Shown here piece after piece: positions 8,775 to 19,201 of a DNA stretch of 64,000 bases. The DNA is from Syntrophobacterales bacterium (GTDB lineage: Bacteria; Desulfobacterota; Syntrophia; Syntrophales; CAMTWB01), in NCBI GenBank assembly GCA_037445955.1, contig JBBIJM010000005.1, positions 1,693 through 65,692 on the forward strand. The letters run 5' to 3'. The notes under the pieces were generated by a model that did no database searches, was not told the DNA's origin, and saw nothing but the letters and a program-made list of their open reading frames with translations. Position numbers and translations under genes: made by a program. Each line of letters begins with the position of its first letter. Position 1 is the stretch's first letter.

Positions 8775-11700
8775 ATGACGCTGCCGGAGTTTTCCATAAA
8801 GAGAAAAGTCACCGTTGTCATGATCATCCTGATCATAAGTCTCTTCGGGATAATCGCCTATTTCCGGATCGGTCTCGATATGATGCCGGAGCTTGAGTAT
8901 CCGGTGGTTTCGATCATCACCACCTATCCCGGGGTGGCCTCGGAGGAGATAGAAAAGCTTATCACCAAGCCGGTAGAGAGCGTTGTCAGCACGGTCAAGA
9001 GCGTCAAGAAACTCCATTCGATTTCACAGGAGGGGATTTCCGCGGTTATCGTGGAATTCGAATGGGGTACCAAGCTGGATTTCGCCGCCCAGGATGTCCG
9101 GGAGAAGCTTTCCTGGCTGACAGACTACCTTCCTAAAGAGGCGGATTCGCCGCTGGTCATCAAGTTCAACATGTCCGACTATCCCATCCTCTACTATGGG
9201 GTTACCGGGATGCAGGATACCCTCACCTTAAGGAGATACCTAGACGATCAGATAAAACCGCGCCTCGAGCGGCTCGATGGGGTGGCCTCGGTTTACGTGC
9301 TCGGGGGGCTCGAAAGGGAGATTAATATTCTGGTTGACCGGGACAGGCTGTCGGCCTTCAATCTCTCGATAGATCAGATAATCAGGCGGCTCGCCCTGGA
9401 GAATGTGAACGTCTCCGGCGGACACGTAACAAAGGGACATATTGAATACCTCGTAAGGACCATGGGGGAATTCAAAGACTTAGAGGCGATAAAGAATACA
9501 GTTATAGCCATCCAGTCAGGGGCGCCGGTATATCTCAGGAACCTGGCTCAGGTCAAAGACGGTTATAAGGAGCAGCGCAGCGTCGCCAGAACTAATCGTC
9601 AGTCCTCGGTTACGATGATGGTGATGAAACAGTCCGGGGCCAATACGGTAAAGGTAACGGAGGCGGTAAAGGCCACTCTTGAGGAGATGAAGAGACACAT
9701 CCCGGAGGATATCCGGTTTTTCGCCGCTATCGATCAGGGGCGGATCATTACCCAGGTCACGAGAAACACCCGGCAGAATGCCATCCTGGGAGGGATCCTG
9801 GCGATTGCCATGATCTTTGCGTTTCTTTGGGACTGGCGGCCTACGATGACCATCGCCTTTGCCATCCCCCTTTCCGTCGTGACTACCTTCATCGGCATGT
9901 ATGCCTTCGATTACACCCTGAACATCATGACCTTAGGAGGGATGGCCCTGGGGGTCGGGATGCTCGTTGACAATGCGGTTGTGGTTATAGAGAATATCTT
10001 CCGCCATCTCAACGAGGGGAAACTCAACCGTAATGAGGCCGCAAGAAGAGGGGCGGAGGAGGTCGGGATGGCCATCACCGCCTCGACGTTAACGACCATC
10101 GCCGTCTTTCTCCCGATGACCTTATCCAGCGGCATTGCGGGCCGTCTCTCCCGGCCTCTGGCGATGACGGTCTCCATTGCCTTGCTGTCCTCTCTCTTTG
10201 TCGCCCTGACCATCGTCCCGATGATCTCGTCTGTCCTGTTTAAGAATGCCGGGGGAAACCTCAGCGCTTTCGGAAGGAAAGAGAGGTTTTTATTTGTCCG
10301 GCAAAGATATATGAGACTTCTTCACCGGTCTTTGGCCAATAGGAAGAAGGTGCTTCTGGGGGCCTGCGGGATATTTCTGGTGAGTCTTTCGCTGGTGCCT
10401 TTTCTCGGCGCCGAATTCATGCCGAAGCAGGACATCCCCCTTATCTTCATGAAGATCAACATGCCCGTGGGAAGCGAACTGGATGAGACAAGCCGGGTGG
10501 TCAAGGACATCGAGAACCTCATCCTCTCGCAGCCGGAAACCCGCTTCGCCGTTTCCTTTATCGGTCTTTCCACCGAGCGGAAGGTGGATGTGGCTCTGGG
10601 AACCGGCACCTCCGACGTCAACGAGGCCCAGGTCTTCGCCCGGCTTACGGAGAAGGAGGAAAGAACGAGGTCGGCGGAGGAGATAACCGATTATTTAAGG
10701 AAAAATATCCCCAGGATCCGGGGGGCGGAAATAGAGTTCTACGATATGGGCCAGATGTTCGCCGGGGCCGTGGGCGATCAGAGCCCGATTGCCGTCAAGG
10801 TCTTCGGCAAGGATCTGGACAGGATCGATTCCCTCGCCCGGAAGATTGCCGCCGAATCCAAAAAGATTGAAGGACTAAGGGACCTGGACACCAGCTTGAA
10901 GATGGGCAAGCCCGAGATCCAGATCGTAGTGGACCGGGAAAGGGCCTCTCAGATGGGACTTGCGGTGGGCCAGATTGCCGAGGCGGTGAGGGCTTCCATG
11001 CAGGGGGTGGTGGCGACGAAATACCGGATCGGCGGCGACGAATACGATCTCCGGGTCCGTTTCAGGGAGCTTGACCGAGCCTCTCTGGAAGACATTGGAG
11101 ACATCAAGATCGCCTCCGCCTCAGGGGGGCTTATCTCCCTCAAACAGGTGGCCACCCTCGAGGAGAAGCTGGGTCCGGTGAAGATAACCCGGGAATCCCA
11201 GGAGCGGAAGGTGACCGTCCGGGCCAATACCTCAGGCCGGGATATAGGGGGGATCGTACGGGACATCAAGGAGGAGGTAGGCAGGATCGATCTCCCTCCG
11301 GGATACCTGATTGAATACGGCGGCACTTACCGGGATATGGAGGAGGCCTTTTCCTCGCTCTTCTGGGCCATGGTCATAGCGGTGTTGCTCATCTACATGG
11401 TGATGGCCGCCCAGTTCGAAAACCTCGCCCATCCCCTCATCATCATGCTGACCGTCCCCCTTGCCTTGATCGGGGTGGTGATCGGTCTTATCGTTTTTCA
11501 AAAGACCATCTCGGTTCCCGCCTTCATGGGTTTCATCATCTTAGGCGGGGTGGTGGTCAATAACGGGATCGTGATGATCGACTATATCAATCAACTGAGG
11601 AAGAGGGGGGTTGCAGCCTACGAAGCGGTGGTGGAAGGGGCGTCCCTCCGGCTGAGACCGGTGCTTATCACCTCTTTGACCACGGTCCTGGGCACCCTGC

Positions 11701-11861
11701 CCATGGCCCTGAGCCAGACCCAGGGGGCGGAACTGCGGTCGCCCATGGCGGTTGCCCTGGCGTTCGGGCTTCTCTTTGCCGCCCTGCTTACCCTGTTTGT
11801 CATCCCGGTTGCCTACAGTTTTTTCAACGGGATTAAGAAAGAAGGTCCGGGGGGGCCTTGA
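8775..11861 (+). CDS. RND efflux permease, AcrB/HAE-type (RND 2)
   Basis: The ORF-track start at 8703 overlaps RND 1. The ATG at 8775 (MTLPEFSIKRKVTVVM...) sits 4 nt after the RND 1 stop and matches the usual RND N-terminus. It is a divergent paralog of RND 1. Confidence 0.9.
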   Translation: MTLPEFSIKRKVTVVMIILIISLFGIIAYFRIGLDMMPELEYPVVSIITTYPGVASEEIEKLITKPVESVVSTVKSVKKLHSISQEGISAVIVEFEWGTKLDFAAQDVREKLSWLTDYLPKEADSPLVIKFNMSDYPILYYGVTGMQDTLTLRRYLDDQIKPRLERLDGVASVYVLGGLEREINILVDRDRLSAFNLSIDQIIRRLALENVNVSGGHVTKGHIEYLVRTMGEFKDLEAIKNTVIAIQSGAPVYLRNLAQVKDGYKEQRSVARTNRQSSVTMMVMKQSGANTVKVTEAVKATLEEMKRHIPEDIRFFAAIDQGRIITQVTRNTRQNAILGGILAIAMIFAFLWDWRPTMTIAFAIPLSVVTTFIGMYAFDYTLNIMTLGGMALGVGMLVDNAVVVIENIFRHLNEGKLNRNEAARRGAEEVGMAITASTLTTIAVFLPMTLSSGIAGRLSRPLAMTVSIALLSSLFVALTIVPMISSVLFKNAGGNLSAFGRKERFLFVRQRYMRLLHRSLANRKKVLLGACGIFLVSLSLVPFLGAEFMPKQDIPLIFMKINMPVGSELDETSRVVKDIENLILSQPETRFAVSFIGLSTERKVDVALGTGTSDVNEAQVFARLTEKEERTRSAEEITDYLRKNIPRIRGAEIEFYDMGQMFAGAVGDQSPIAVKVFGKDLDRIDSLARKIAAESKKIEGLRDLDTSLKMGKPEIQIVVDRERASQMGLAVGQIAEAVRASMQGVVATKYRIGGDEYDLRVRFRELDRASLEDIGDIKIASASGGLISLKQVATLEEKLGPVKITRESQERKVTVRANTSGRDIGGIVRDIKEEVGRIDLPPGYLIEYGGTYRDMEEAFSSLFWAMVIAVLLIYMVMAAQFENLAHPLIIMLTVPLALIGVVIGLIVFQKTISVPAFMGFIILGGVVVNNGIVMIDYINQLRKRGVAAYEAVVEGASLRLRPVLITSLTTVLGTLPMALSQTQGAELRSPMAVALAFGLLFAALLTLFVIPVAYSFFNGIKKEGPGGP

Positions 11862-11891
11862 GTCCCCAGAGCAAAGGGGTAGATTATCCTG

Positions 11892-13001
11892 ATGCAGATA
11901 CGTTCTTTCGAAATAAGTTCCCGCGAGCTGGCCGGGGCCTTCGGCGGTTACGGAACCATCTTGCCCTTGGTGATGGGCTACATAGTTGTCTGCGGTCTTG
12001 AGCCCGGGGGCCTTTTCATCATGCTGGGAGCGGTGAATATAATCCTGGGGCTCGTCTATCGTCTCCCCATGCCCCTGGAGCCCATGAAGATGATTGCCGT
12101 TGTGGCCATCGCCGAGAGCTGGACCCCTTCGCTTGTCTATGCCTCCGGTTTCGCCATGGGGATTACCTGGCTCATCCTGGTTGGCACGAAGGCCGTAACC
12201 CTGATCCGGCGGCTCGTCCCCGAGACCGTCGTCCGGGGCATCCAGATTAGCCTGGCTCTCCTTCTTATCGGGCAGGCGGTCAAGATGCTGTCTCAAGGGG
12301 CGGCGGCAGGTCTTGTCTCCCTGTTCATTATCCTGGTCTTAAGAAATAACCGCTACGCCCCGGCGGGGATCGTCCTCATGATTGCAGGTATTTTCTTAGC
12401 CTACCGTCAGGGGCATCTGGAGTCGCTTGCAGGGCCGTCTTTCGGCTTGCCCCCGCTGACTTTGTTTCCCCTCCGGGAGGTATGGCAATCTCTGATTTTG
12501 GCCGGCTTCTCCCAAATTCCCCTGACCATTGTCAATGCCGTCATCGTTACTTGCGCCATGATCAAGGGATACTGGCCGGAGAAGGAGATATCCGAAAGGA
12601 AGCTCGCCTTGAATCACGGGATCATCAATTCCATCGCCCCGTTTTTCGGCGGGATGCCGATGTGTCACGGCGCCGGTGGACTGGCGGGAAAATACGGCCT
12701 GGGGGCGAGAACCGGCGGGGCCAACGTCATGGAAGGGGTGATGGAAGTATTTCTGGGCCTCTTTTTCGCCGCTTCTTTAGCCCAGATATTGCTCAATTTT
12801 CCTCTGTCCATCCTCGGGGCCATGCTCTTTGCCGCCTCCTGGGAACTGGCCAGAGGCGCCCGGGGTCCCTGGCGGTTGCCGGACTTGGCGGTTATCGGAG
12901 TCACCGCGGGATTCGGTCTTTTTTTCAACATGGCGGCGGGGTTTCTCGCCGGACTGATCGTCTTTCACCTGATCTTCGGGTTCGGCAAGAGGTTTGCCTG
13001 A
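11892..13001 (+). CDS. putative sulfate/molybdate-type anion transporter (MOT1/SulP-like membrane protein)
   Basis: 369-aa polytopic membrane ORF. The internally repeated hydrophobic pattern (PMPLEPMK..., PMCHGAGGLAG) resembles the MFS_MOT1-like family as I remember it. Confidence 0.6.
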   Translation: MQIRSFEISSRELAGAFGGYGTILPLVMGYIVVCGLEPGGLFIMLGAVNIILGLVYRLPMPLEPMKMIAVVAIAESWTPSLVYASGFAMGITWLILVGTKAVTLIRRLVPETVVRGIQISLALLLIGQAVKMLSQGAAAGLVSLFIILVLRNNRYAPAGIVLMIAGIFLAYRQGHLESLAGPSFGLPPLTLFPLREVWQSLILAGFSQIPLTIVNAVIVTCAMIKGYWPEKEISERKLALNHGIINSIAPFFGGMPMCHGAGGLAGKYGLGARTGGANVMEGVMEVFLGLFFAASLAQILLNFPLSILGAMLFAASWELARGARGPWRLPDLAVIGVTAGFGLFFNMAAGFLAGLIVFHLIFGFGKRFA

Positions 13002-13009
13002 AGGCGGCG

Positions 13010-13201
13010 CTACTCCAGGTTCCGGCCAAGATATACCAGAACAAGACCGGCAATCATGGCAATAAGCCCAAAGTGGCGCAAAGTGGAATCCGGCGTTGCC
13101 AGAATCCGGCTGAGATAGGATTTGAGCTTGTCGGGAAAGGCGAAATAGGGAAGCCCTTCGACAATGAGCAGCACCCCGACGAGGGAGAGGATAAAATCCA
13201 T
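13010..13201 (-). CDS. DUF2065 (YjeT-like) small membrane protein
   Basis: 63 aa with two TM helices and a LIVEGLPYFAFP motif like E. coli YjeT. It directly abuts the mazG stop. Confidence 0.7.
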   Translation of the reverse strand: MDFILSLVGVLLIVEGLPYFAFPDKLKSYLSRILATPDSTLRHFGLIAMIAGLVLVYLGRNLE

Positions 13202-14002
13202 TTATTTTTCCTTTGTTGTTTTCGCCTCGTTCCAGAGACGATCCATTTCTTCCAGGGACGAAGAGAGGGGACCTTTCCCGGCAGCGGCCAGTTTGCCTTC
13301 CAGATAGGAAAACCTTTCCAGAAATTTGTCGATCGTACCTTTTAGCGCCTCATCCGGTGAAATTCCAAGAAAACGCGAGAGATTTACCAGGGAAAACAAA
13401 AGGTCCCCGAGCTCTTCTTTCCTCCTGGCCTGATCACCTTCCGCTATGGCCTCTTTTAGCTCGAGAAATTCCTCTTCCACCGCTGCCAGCACCTCCGGGA
13501 CGCCGGGCCAGTCGAAGCCAACCCGGGAGGCCCTTTCCCCGATGCGCTCCGCCCTGACGAGGGAGGGAAGGGATCTGGGAATCCCCTGAAAAATATCCCG
13601 TTGACCGGGACAGTTCTTTTCCCCGCTCTTAATCTTCTCCCAATTGGCCTTGACCTCCGAGACGGTAAGGGCGGTTGTCCCGGAAAAGACGTGGGGATGG
13701 CGCCGGATCATTTTCGCCGATAACCCGGCAAAAACCTGGGATAGATCGAACTCCCCCTTTTCCCTGGAGATTTCGGCGAGAAAGAGGGCCTGAAAGATGA
13801 GATCGCCCAGCTCCTCCTTAAGATCTTCCGGGGAGCCGCTTGAGGCCGCATCGGCGACCTCATAAGCCTCCTCGAGGAGATAACGGACCAGATCCTCTTT
13901 CGTCTGCCTGCGGTCCCAGATACAGCCTCTATCGGACCTGAGGTGTCTTAATATGTCAAGAAGCCCGGCTAAGCCGGCTGCGGCTGAATCGATATCGGTC
14001 AT
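13202..14002 (-). CDS. mazG: nucleoside triphosphate pyrophosphohydrolase MazG
   Basis: 266 aa with tandem MazG domains and EExxE/EELGD motifs (LLEEAYEVADA, EELGDLIFQ, EELGDLLFSL; RRHPHVF). Confidence 0.9.
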   Translation of the reverse strand: MTDIDSAAAGLAGLLDILRHLRSDRGCIWDRRQTKEDLVRYLLEEAYEVADAASSGSPEDLKEELGDLIFQALFLAEISREKGEFDLSQVFAGLSAKMIRRHPHVFSGTTALTVSEVKANWEKIKSGEKNCPGQRDIFQGIPRSLPSLVRAERIGERASRVGFDWPGVPEVLAAVEEEFLELKEAIAEGDQARRKEELGDLLFSLVNLSRFLGISPDEALKGTIDKFLERFSYLEGKLAAAGKGPLSSSLEEMDRLWNEAKTTKEK

Positions 14003-14040
14003 CGGGCGGCGGTTAAGAGACGTTTAACCTTGCCGCTGGA

Positions 14041-15927
14041 TCATAACCAGCGGTCGGATTTGGCCTTGGCCTCATATTCCTCCTTCAGGGCAATCTGGGT
14101 GGCCTCTGCTATGTCTTCAACCCTTTTTACCCAGTCTTCGAACTTGATGTCCACCCCGAAGACGCCCACCATTTCGTCGTTATCGTCTCTGATCGGGGCG
14201 GAGGCGGTGATGCAGAGGGCGCCGGTCATTTTGGAGATGTAGAAGTTGGTCACATGCATCTTGCCCGTCTGAACCGGCCTGATGAACCATTCCCGGTCCG
14301 ATTGGTCCGTCCCGATGCCGTAATTTTCATATTTTACCCGGTCCGCCACATTGGTTATGTTTCTTGTGGTCTTCTTCCCGTCCATGTTGACAACGTAGGC
14401 GAACTGAATCGAGGGATTGTCCTCGATCATCTTCTGCATGACCGGTTCCTGCAGATCGGATTTCATGGTTTTCATGACCGGATGGTCCACCACCTGTTTA
14501 ACAACGGAAAGGGAGGCCTCCGCCGCCTTCGCCTTGATCCGGTCGAGTTCGGACATGAAGAGCTCCGGCAGGTACTTGCGGACCAATCTTTCCATCTCTT
14601 CGTGGGAGATGTTGGTCACCCGGCCGTTTTCATACTCCTCGTTCACCCATTTGTAGATCTTCGAGACCCCGGGATGCTGCTTCTCGACGATGCCTTCGCC
14701 TTTCAAACCCAGGCGCTGGTTGATCCAGAAGGCGACCCCGGCCTTGCCGGATTTGTCGTTGATCGTGGCCATGATGGGTCTTTTTAAGATTTTTTCCGTG
14801 TCGAAGATGTTGTAGATCTCCTCGTTCTTGATCAGGCCGTCCACATGGATTCCCGCCATGGTGACGTTGAAGTCGGCGCCAACGAAGGGATAGTTGTTGG
14901 GTATCTTGACCCCGATCTCCCGTTCGAAGTAATCGGCCAGATCGGTGATTGCGGTGGTGTCTATCCCCCGGGGAGAGCCGACGAGGCTTATATATTCGAT
15001 GATAAGGGCCTCAAGCGGCGGGTTACCGGTGCGTTCCCCCATCCCCAGCAGGGTTGAGTTGACCGCGCTGCAGCCGTACAGCCAGGCGGTGGCCCCGTTG
15101 ATCAAGGCCTTGTGGAAGTCGTTGTGACCGTGCCACTCCAGAAGCCTTCCCGGAACCCCGGCGTCATCAATGAAGGCCCTAACCAGCTTGTCCACACTGC
15201 GGGGCAGGGCCGCCCCCGGGTAGGTTACCCCGTAGCCCAAGGTGTCGCAGAGCCTGATCTTGACATCGAGGCCGCTTTGCTCTCTCAATTTCATCAATTC
15301 TATGGCAAAGGGGATAGCGAAGCCGTAGATATCCGCCCGGGTTACATCCTCGAAATGGCACCGGGGGACGATCCCCATGTCCAAAATGGACGTAACAATA
15401 TCCAGGTAATCCGCCAGGGCCTGAGCGCGGGTTTTGCCGAGTTTCAGGAAGATATGGTAATCGGAGGCGGAGGTGAGTATCCCGGTTTCCTTGAGGCCGG
15501 CCTCCTTGACCAGGGGGACGTCATCTTTCTTGGCCCTGATCCAGCCGGTTATTTCCGGATATTTAAACCCCAGGGCCCGGCACTGGGCGACGGTCTCCCG
15601 GTCCTTATTGCTGTAAAGAAAGAATTCCGTCTGGCGGACTATGCCGTTTTCCCCCCCGAGGCGGGAGAGGAGGCTGTAAAGATCGACGACCTGCCTGACG
15701 GTGTAGGGAGGTCGGGCCTGCTGGCCGTCCCGAAAGGTCGTGTCGGTGATGTAGATATCCTCAGGAGGCCGGATAGAAAGCAGTTTGTGGTCGAAATCGA
15801 TCCTGCTCACCTCGGTGTACGGGAAGATGTCCTTCTGAAGATTAGGCAGGACGGGGTCTTTTAGTTCGAAGAGCCAATGTTTGCTGTGCTGGTGATCCAA
15901 TATCCGGAAGTCTTTGTTTTGTTTCAT
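14041..15927 (-). CDS. DRE-TIM metallolyase of the Re-citrate synthase/homocitrate/isopropylmalate synthase family with a C-terminal Cache/PDC-like domain
   Basis: 628 aa. The N-terminal ~430 aa carry DTTFRDGQQ and HGHNDF motifs. The C-terminal ~150 aa (nt ~14128-14565) show a Cache-like pattern (VVNMDGKK, SDREWF, TGALCITASAPIRDDNDEMVGVFGVDI). Confidence 0.75.
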   Translation of the reverse strand: MKQNKDFRILDHQHSKHWLFELKDPVLPNLQKDIFPYTEVSRIDFDHKLLSIRPPEDIYITDTTFRDGQQARPPYTVRQVVDLYSLLSRLGGENGIVRQTEFFLYSNKDRETVAQCRALGFKYPEITGWIRAKKDDVPLVKEAGLKETGILTSASDYHIFLKLGKTRAQALADYLDIVTSILDMGIVPRCHFEDVTRADIYGFAIPFAIELMKLREQSGLDVKIRLCDTLGYGVTYPGAALPRSVDKLVRAFIDDAGVPGRLLEWHGHNDFHKALINGATAWLYGCSAVNSTLLGMGERTGNPPLEALIIEYISLVGSPRGIDTTAITDLADYFEREIGVKIPNNYPFVGADFNVTMAGIHVDGLIKNEEIYNIFDTEKILKRPIMATINDKSGKAGVAFWINQRLGLKGEGIVEKQHPGVSKIYKWVNEEYENGRVTNISHEEMERLVRKYLPELFMSELDRIKAKAAEASLSVVKQVVDHPVMKTMKSDLQEPVMQKMIEDNPSIQFAYVVNMDGKKTTRNITNVADRVKYENYGIGTDQSDREWFIRPVQTGKMHVTNFYISKMTGALCITASAPIRDDNDEMVGVFGVDIKFEDWVKRVEDIAEATQIALKEEYEAKAKSDRWL

Positions 15928-16135
15928 TTTTTATTCCCCTGTGATTGTGGCGTCCGTTTTGAGAAAGATCCTCCCCCGTAGAGGGAGGATAAAACAACCT
16001 CCTGGATAAATCAATAATAAAGAACGCAAAACCCCAATCCAAAATACCGGGAATCCACCGGCGCCCGGGGTGTGGCGGCCTCCTGAAGCAGGGGGGATTG
16101 CTGATTGCATCCTGTCCGGGATTGCCCCATGCGGC

Positions 16136-17911
16136 CTAGACGATCTTCAGCGAGAGCTCCATGAGCTGTTCCAGGGCGACCTCTGAGGGGGCATCGGTCA
16201 GAAGACAGGTTCCCCGCTGGGTCTTGGGGAAGGCGATTACGTCCCGGATGGAGTCCCCTCCGGTCATGATCATGATCATTCTGTCCAGGCCGAAGGCGAT
16301 TCCGCCGTGAGGAGGGGTCCCGTACTGCAGGGCTTCCAGGAGGAATCCGAATTTGCCTTCCGCTTCTTCCCTGGTAAGGCCCAAAGCGGTGAATATTCTG
16401 GTCTGAAGTTCCTTTCGATGGATCCGGATGCTCCCGCCGCCAATTTCCGATCCGTTCAAGACCAGATCGTAGGCCCTGGCCCTTACCCGGCCCGGGTCTT
16501 CTTCGATGAAGGACAGGTCCGCCGGATGGGGGGAGGTGAAGGGGTGATGGGTGGAGACGTATCTCTTCTGCGTTTCGCTGTATTCGAACAGGGGGAAGTC
16601 GGTGACCCAGGTGAAGGAGAAGGTATCTTTGGCGTAGAGATTGAGCCTTCTTCCCAGATAGAGCCTCAGATGGCCCAGGGCCGTATGGACTACCTCCTGG
16701 ACATCCGCCAAAAACAGGATCACGCTCCCTGTTTTGGCACCGGTTCTTTCATTTATCCCCGCCGTCTCCGAGGGAGAAAGATGTTTGGCCAGGGGCGATG
16801 TCCACCCTTCCGGGGTCACCCTGGCCCAGGCGAGACCCTTGGCCCCGTACGGGGCCACGACCTCCTTCAGGTCGTCGAGGTCCTTGCGGGAAAAAACCGA
16901 TCCATCTTCGATCAGGAGCGCCTTGATGATCCCGCCGCGGGCCAGGTTCTCGGCGAAGGGCCGGAAGGCGGTTTCTTTAAGAAGATCCGTAAGGTCGATC
17001 AATTCCAGACCGAACCGGATATCCGGGTTGTCCTTGCCGTAGCGGGCGATGGCCTCCCGGTAGGGGAGGCGCGGGAAGGGGGTTTTCAGTTCCTTCCCGA
17101 GGCAGTTTTGAAACAGCCGCGAAAAAAGCCCTTCCACTACGGTGATGACGTCTTCCTCATTGACAAAGGACATCTCCACATCGATCTGGGTGAACTCGGG
17201 CTGCCGGTCCGCCCTTAAATCTTCATCCCTGAAACAGCGGACGATCTGATAATAGCGGTCGAGCCCCGAGACCATGAGGAGCTGTTTGAAAAGCTGGGGC
17301 GACTGGGGGAGGGCATAGAACATCCCGGGATTGATCCGGCTGGGGACGAGAAAGTCCCTCGCCCCCTCCGGGGTGCTTTTGGTAAGAAAGGGGGTTTCCA
17401 CCTCGATAAACCCCTCGCCGGCAAAATACTCCCGAACCTCCCGGGCGATCTGACTGCGCAGGATGAGGTTTTTCTGGATCTCCGGCCGGCGGAGATCCAG
17501 ATAGCGGTATTGGAGGCGGATATTTTCCGCTACCTCCGAGGCCAGATCCAGGGAAAACGGCGGGGTCTTGGATTCGTTTAATATCTCGATCCGGTCCGCC
17601 ACGACCTCGATCATCCCGGTCTTGAGGGCGGGGTTTTCCATGCCCTCCGGCCGCCTTCTGACCGCTCCCGCAACCGCCAGGACATACTCGCTTCTGATCA
17701 GATGGGCCTGATCAAACCCAGGCTTTCCCTCCGCCGGGTTGATCACCACCTGGACAAGGCCTTCCCGGTCTCTCAAATCGACAAAGATCACCCCGCCGTG
17801 ATCCCTTCTTCGCTGGACCCATCCTGCCAGGACGACTTCGTCTCCTGTCCGATCAGGCCCGAGGGCGCCTGCGTAATCGGTTCTCTTCAACTCTGCGTTA
17901 AAACCCTTCAA
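16136..17911 (-). CDS. aspS: aspartate--tRNA ligase
   Basis: 591 aa with class II aaRS motifs and an OB-fold N-terminus ([22 protein letters not shown]). TTG start. The hisS stop TAG is embedded in its SD (GGTAGGAGAATTG). Confidence 0.93.
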   Translation of the reverse strand: MKGFNAELKRTDYAGALGPDRTGDEVVLAGWVQRRRDHGGVIFVDLRDREGLVQVVINPAEGKPGFDQAHLIRSEYVLAVAGAVRRRPEGMENPALKTGMIEVVADRIEILNESKTPPFSLDLASEVAENIRLQYRYLDLRRPEIQKNLILRSQIAREVREYFAGEGFIEVETPFLTKSTPEGARDFLVPSRINPGMFYALPQSPQLFKQLLMVSGLDRYYQIVRCFRDEDLRADRQPEFTQIDVEMSFVNEEDVITVVEGLFSRLFQNCLGKELKTPFPRLPYREAIARYGKDNPDIRFGLELIDLTDLLKETAFRPFAENLARGGIIKALLIEDGSVFSRKDLDDLKEVVAPYGAKGLAWARVTPEGWTSPLAKHLSPSETAGINERTGAKTGSVILFLADVQEVVHTALGHLRLYLGRRLNLYAKDTFSFTWVTDFPLFEYSETQKRYVSTHHPFTSPHPADLSFIEEDPGRVRARAYDLVLNGSEIGGGSIRIHRKELQTRIFTALGLTREEAEGKFGFLLEALQYGTPPHGGIAFGLDRMIMIMTGGDSIRDVIAFPKTQRGTCLLTDAPSEVALEQLMELSLKIV

Positions 17912-17916
17912 TTCTC

Positions 17917-19185
17917 CTACCTCGTTGAAATTATTGCGGCAATTTCCGTTTCGATTCCGGCTAGCTTTACCTTCTGCTGGGTTGCCCGGCCCATGTGCCT
18001 GAGTTCCGCCTGCCCTTCCTGAATTTCCCGCTCTCCCAGGATTAAGGTGTAGGCTGCGCCCAGCCGGTCAGCCTCCTTCATCTGGCCTTTCAGGCTTTTT
18101 CCCGTGTAGTTTATCTCGGCGGAGACCCCGGCGATTCGCAGGCGGTTGCACATCAGAAAGGCGAGGTCCGCCGCCTCTTTGCCCTGGGCGGCGATGAACA
18201 GGGCCGGGGGGGCCAAGAACCTCTCGTCCGGGAGATCTAAGAGGGATATCAACCGCTCCGTGCCGATGGCAAAACCTATTCCCGGTGTGTCCGGTCCGCC
18301 CAGATCCCGGATCAGCCCGTCGTAGCGACCGCCGCCTACGATGGCGAGGCTGGCCTCCTCCTGCTTGATTGTAACCTCGAAGGTCGTTCTCTGATAGTAA
18401 TCGAGACCTCGAACCATCCGGCCGTTTACGACGTGGTTGAGGCCGAAGGAATCGAGATATTCCCTTACCTTCCGGAAATGATCCAGACAGGGAAGGCAAA
18501 GGTAATCAGGCACCAGAGGCGCATTTACAAGCGCCCGGCCGCACCCCTCGATCTTGCAGTCGAAAACCCTCAAGGGATTGGTTTTCAGGCGCCTTCGGCA
18601 ATCCGCGCAGAGGAGTTCTTCTCCCTGGGCCAGGTGGGCTACGAGGGCAAGGCGGAAAGAGGGACGGCAATCGGGGCAGCCCAGGGAGTTCACTTCAAAT
18701 TGCAGTCTCGACAGGCCCAATCGTTGAAACAGGGTATGCAAAAGGAGCATCAGTTCCGCATCCGCCCGGGGGTCGGCAAGCCCCAGGATCTCCGCGTCTA
18801 TCTGATGGAACTGGCGGAATCTCCCTTTTTGCGGACGCTCCCGGCGGAACATGGGGCCCATGGTGTAGAGCTTGCTTACCTGATCGGAGGTATAGATGTG
18901 ATGTTCGATGTAAGCCCTAAGGAGCGAGGCGGTAGCCTCCGGACGCAGCGTCAGGGACTCTTCGTTCCTGTCCCGGAAGGTGTACATCTCCTTCTCTACG
19001 ATGTCCGTGGCCTCGCCGATGCTCCTTACGAAAAGGGCGGTCTTTTCCAGGATCGGCGGCCGGAGCTCCTTGAACCCGAAATCAGAAAAGGTCCTCCGGG
19101 CGACGGCCTCCACCTGCTGCCATTTGCCCGCCTGTCCCGGCAGAATATCCTTGAAACCCTTGATGGCTGTAATAGCCTCTTTCAT
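17917..19185 (-). CDS. hisS: histidine--tRNA ligase
   Basis: The start at ATG 19185 ([17 protein letters not shown]) aligns with the E. coli HisS N-terminus. The track start at 19230 is a TTG inside an upstream hairpin. Confidence 0.92.
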   Translation of the reverse strand: MKEAITAIKGFKDILPGQAGKWQQVEAVARRTFSDFGFKELRPPILEKTALFVRSIGEATDIVEKEMYTFRDRNEESLTLRPEATASLLRAYIEHHIYTSDQVSKLYTMGPMFRRERPQKGRFRQFHQIDAEILGLADPRADAELMLLLHTLFQRLGLSRLQFEVNSLGCPDCRPSFRLALVAHLAQGEELLCADCRRRLKTNPLRVFDCKIEGCGRALVNAPLVPDYLCLPCLDHFRKVREYLDSFGLNHVVNGRMVRGLDYYQRTTFEVTIKQEEASLAIVGGGRYDGLIRDLGGPDTPGIGFAIGTERLISLLDLPDERFLAPPALFIAAQGKEAADLAFLMCNRLRIAGVSAEINYTGKSLKGQMKEADRLGAAYTLILGEREIQEGQAELRHMGRATQQKVKLAGIETEIAAIISTR

Positions 19186-19201
19186 AGTCGAATCCCCGTG
19201 G

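Noticed and set aside
12482-13345. A 287-aa plus-strand ORF spanning the end of the transporter gene, DUF2065 and part of mazG.
   Set aside because: It crosses three independently supported genes on both strands. The translation is Arg/Gly-rich with no recognisable domain.
15968-15990. A perfect 8-bp hairpin ATCCTCCC-N7-GGGAGGAT between aspS and the Re-citrate-synthase-like gene.
   Set aside because: It could be an aspS terminator or a 5' UTR element. The U-tract is weak (CUUUCUC), and its position 41 nt before the next ATG fits neither role cleanly. The evidence is too thin to call.
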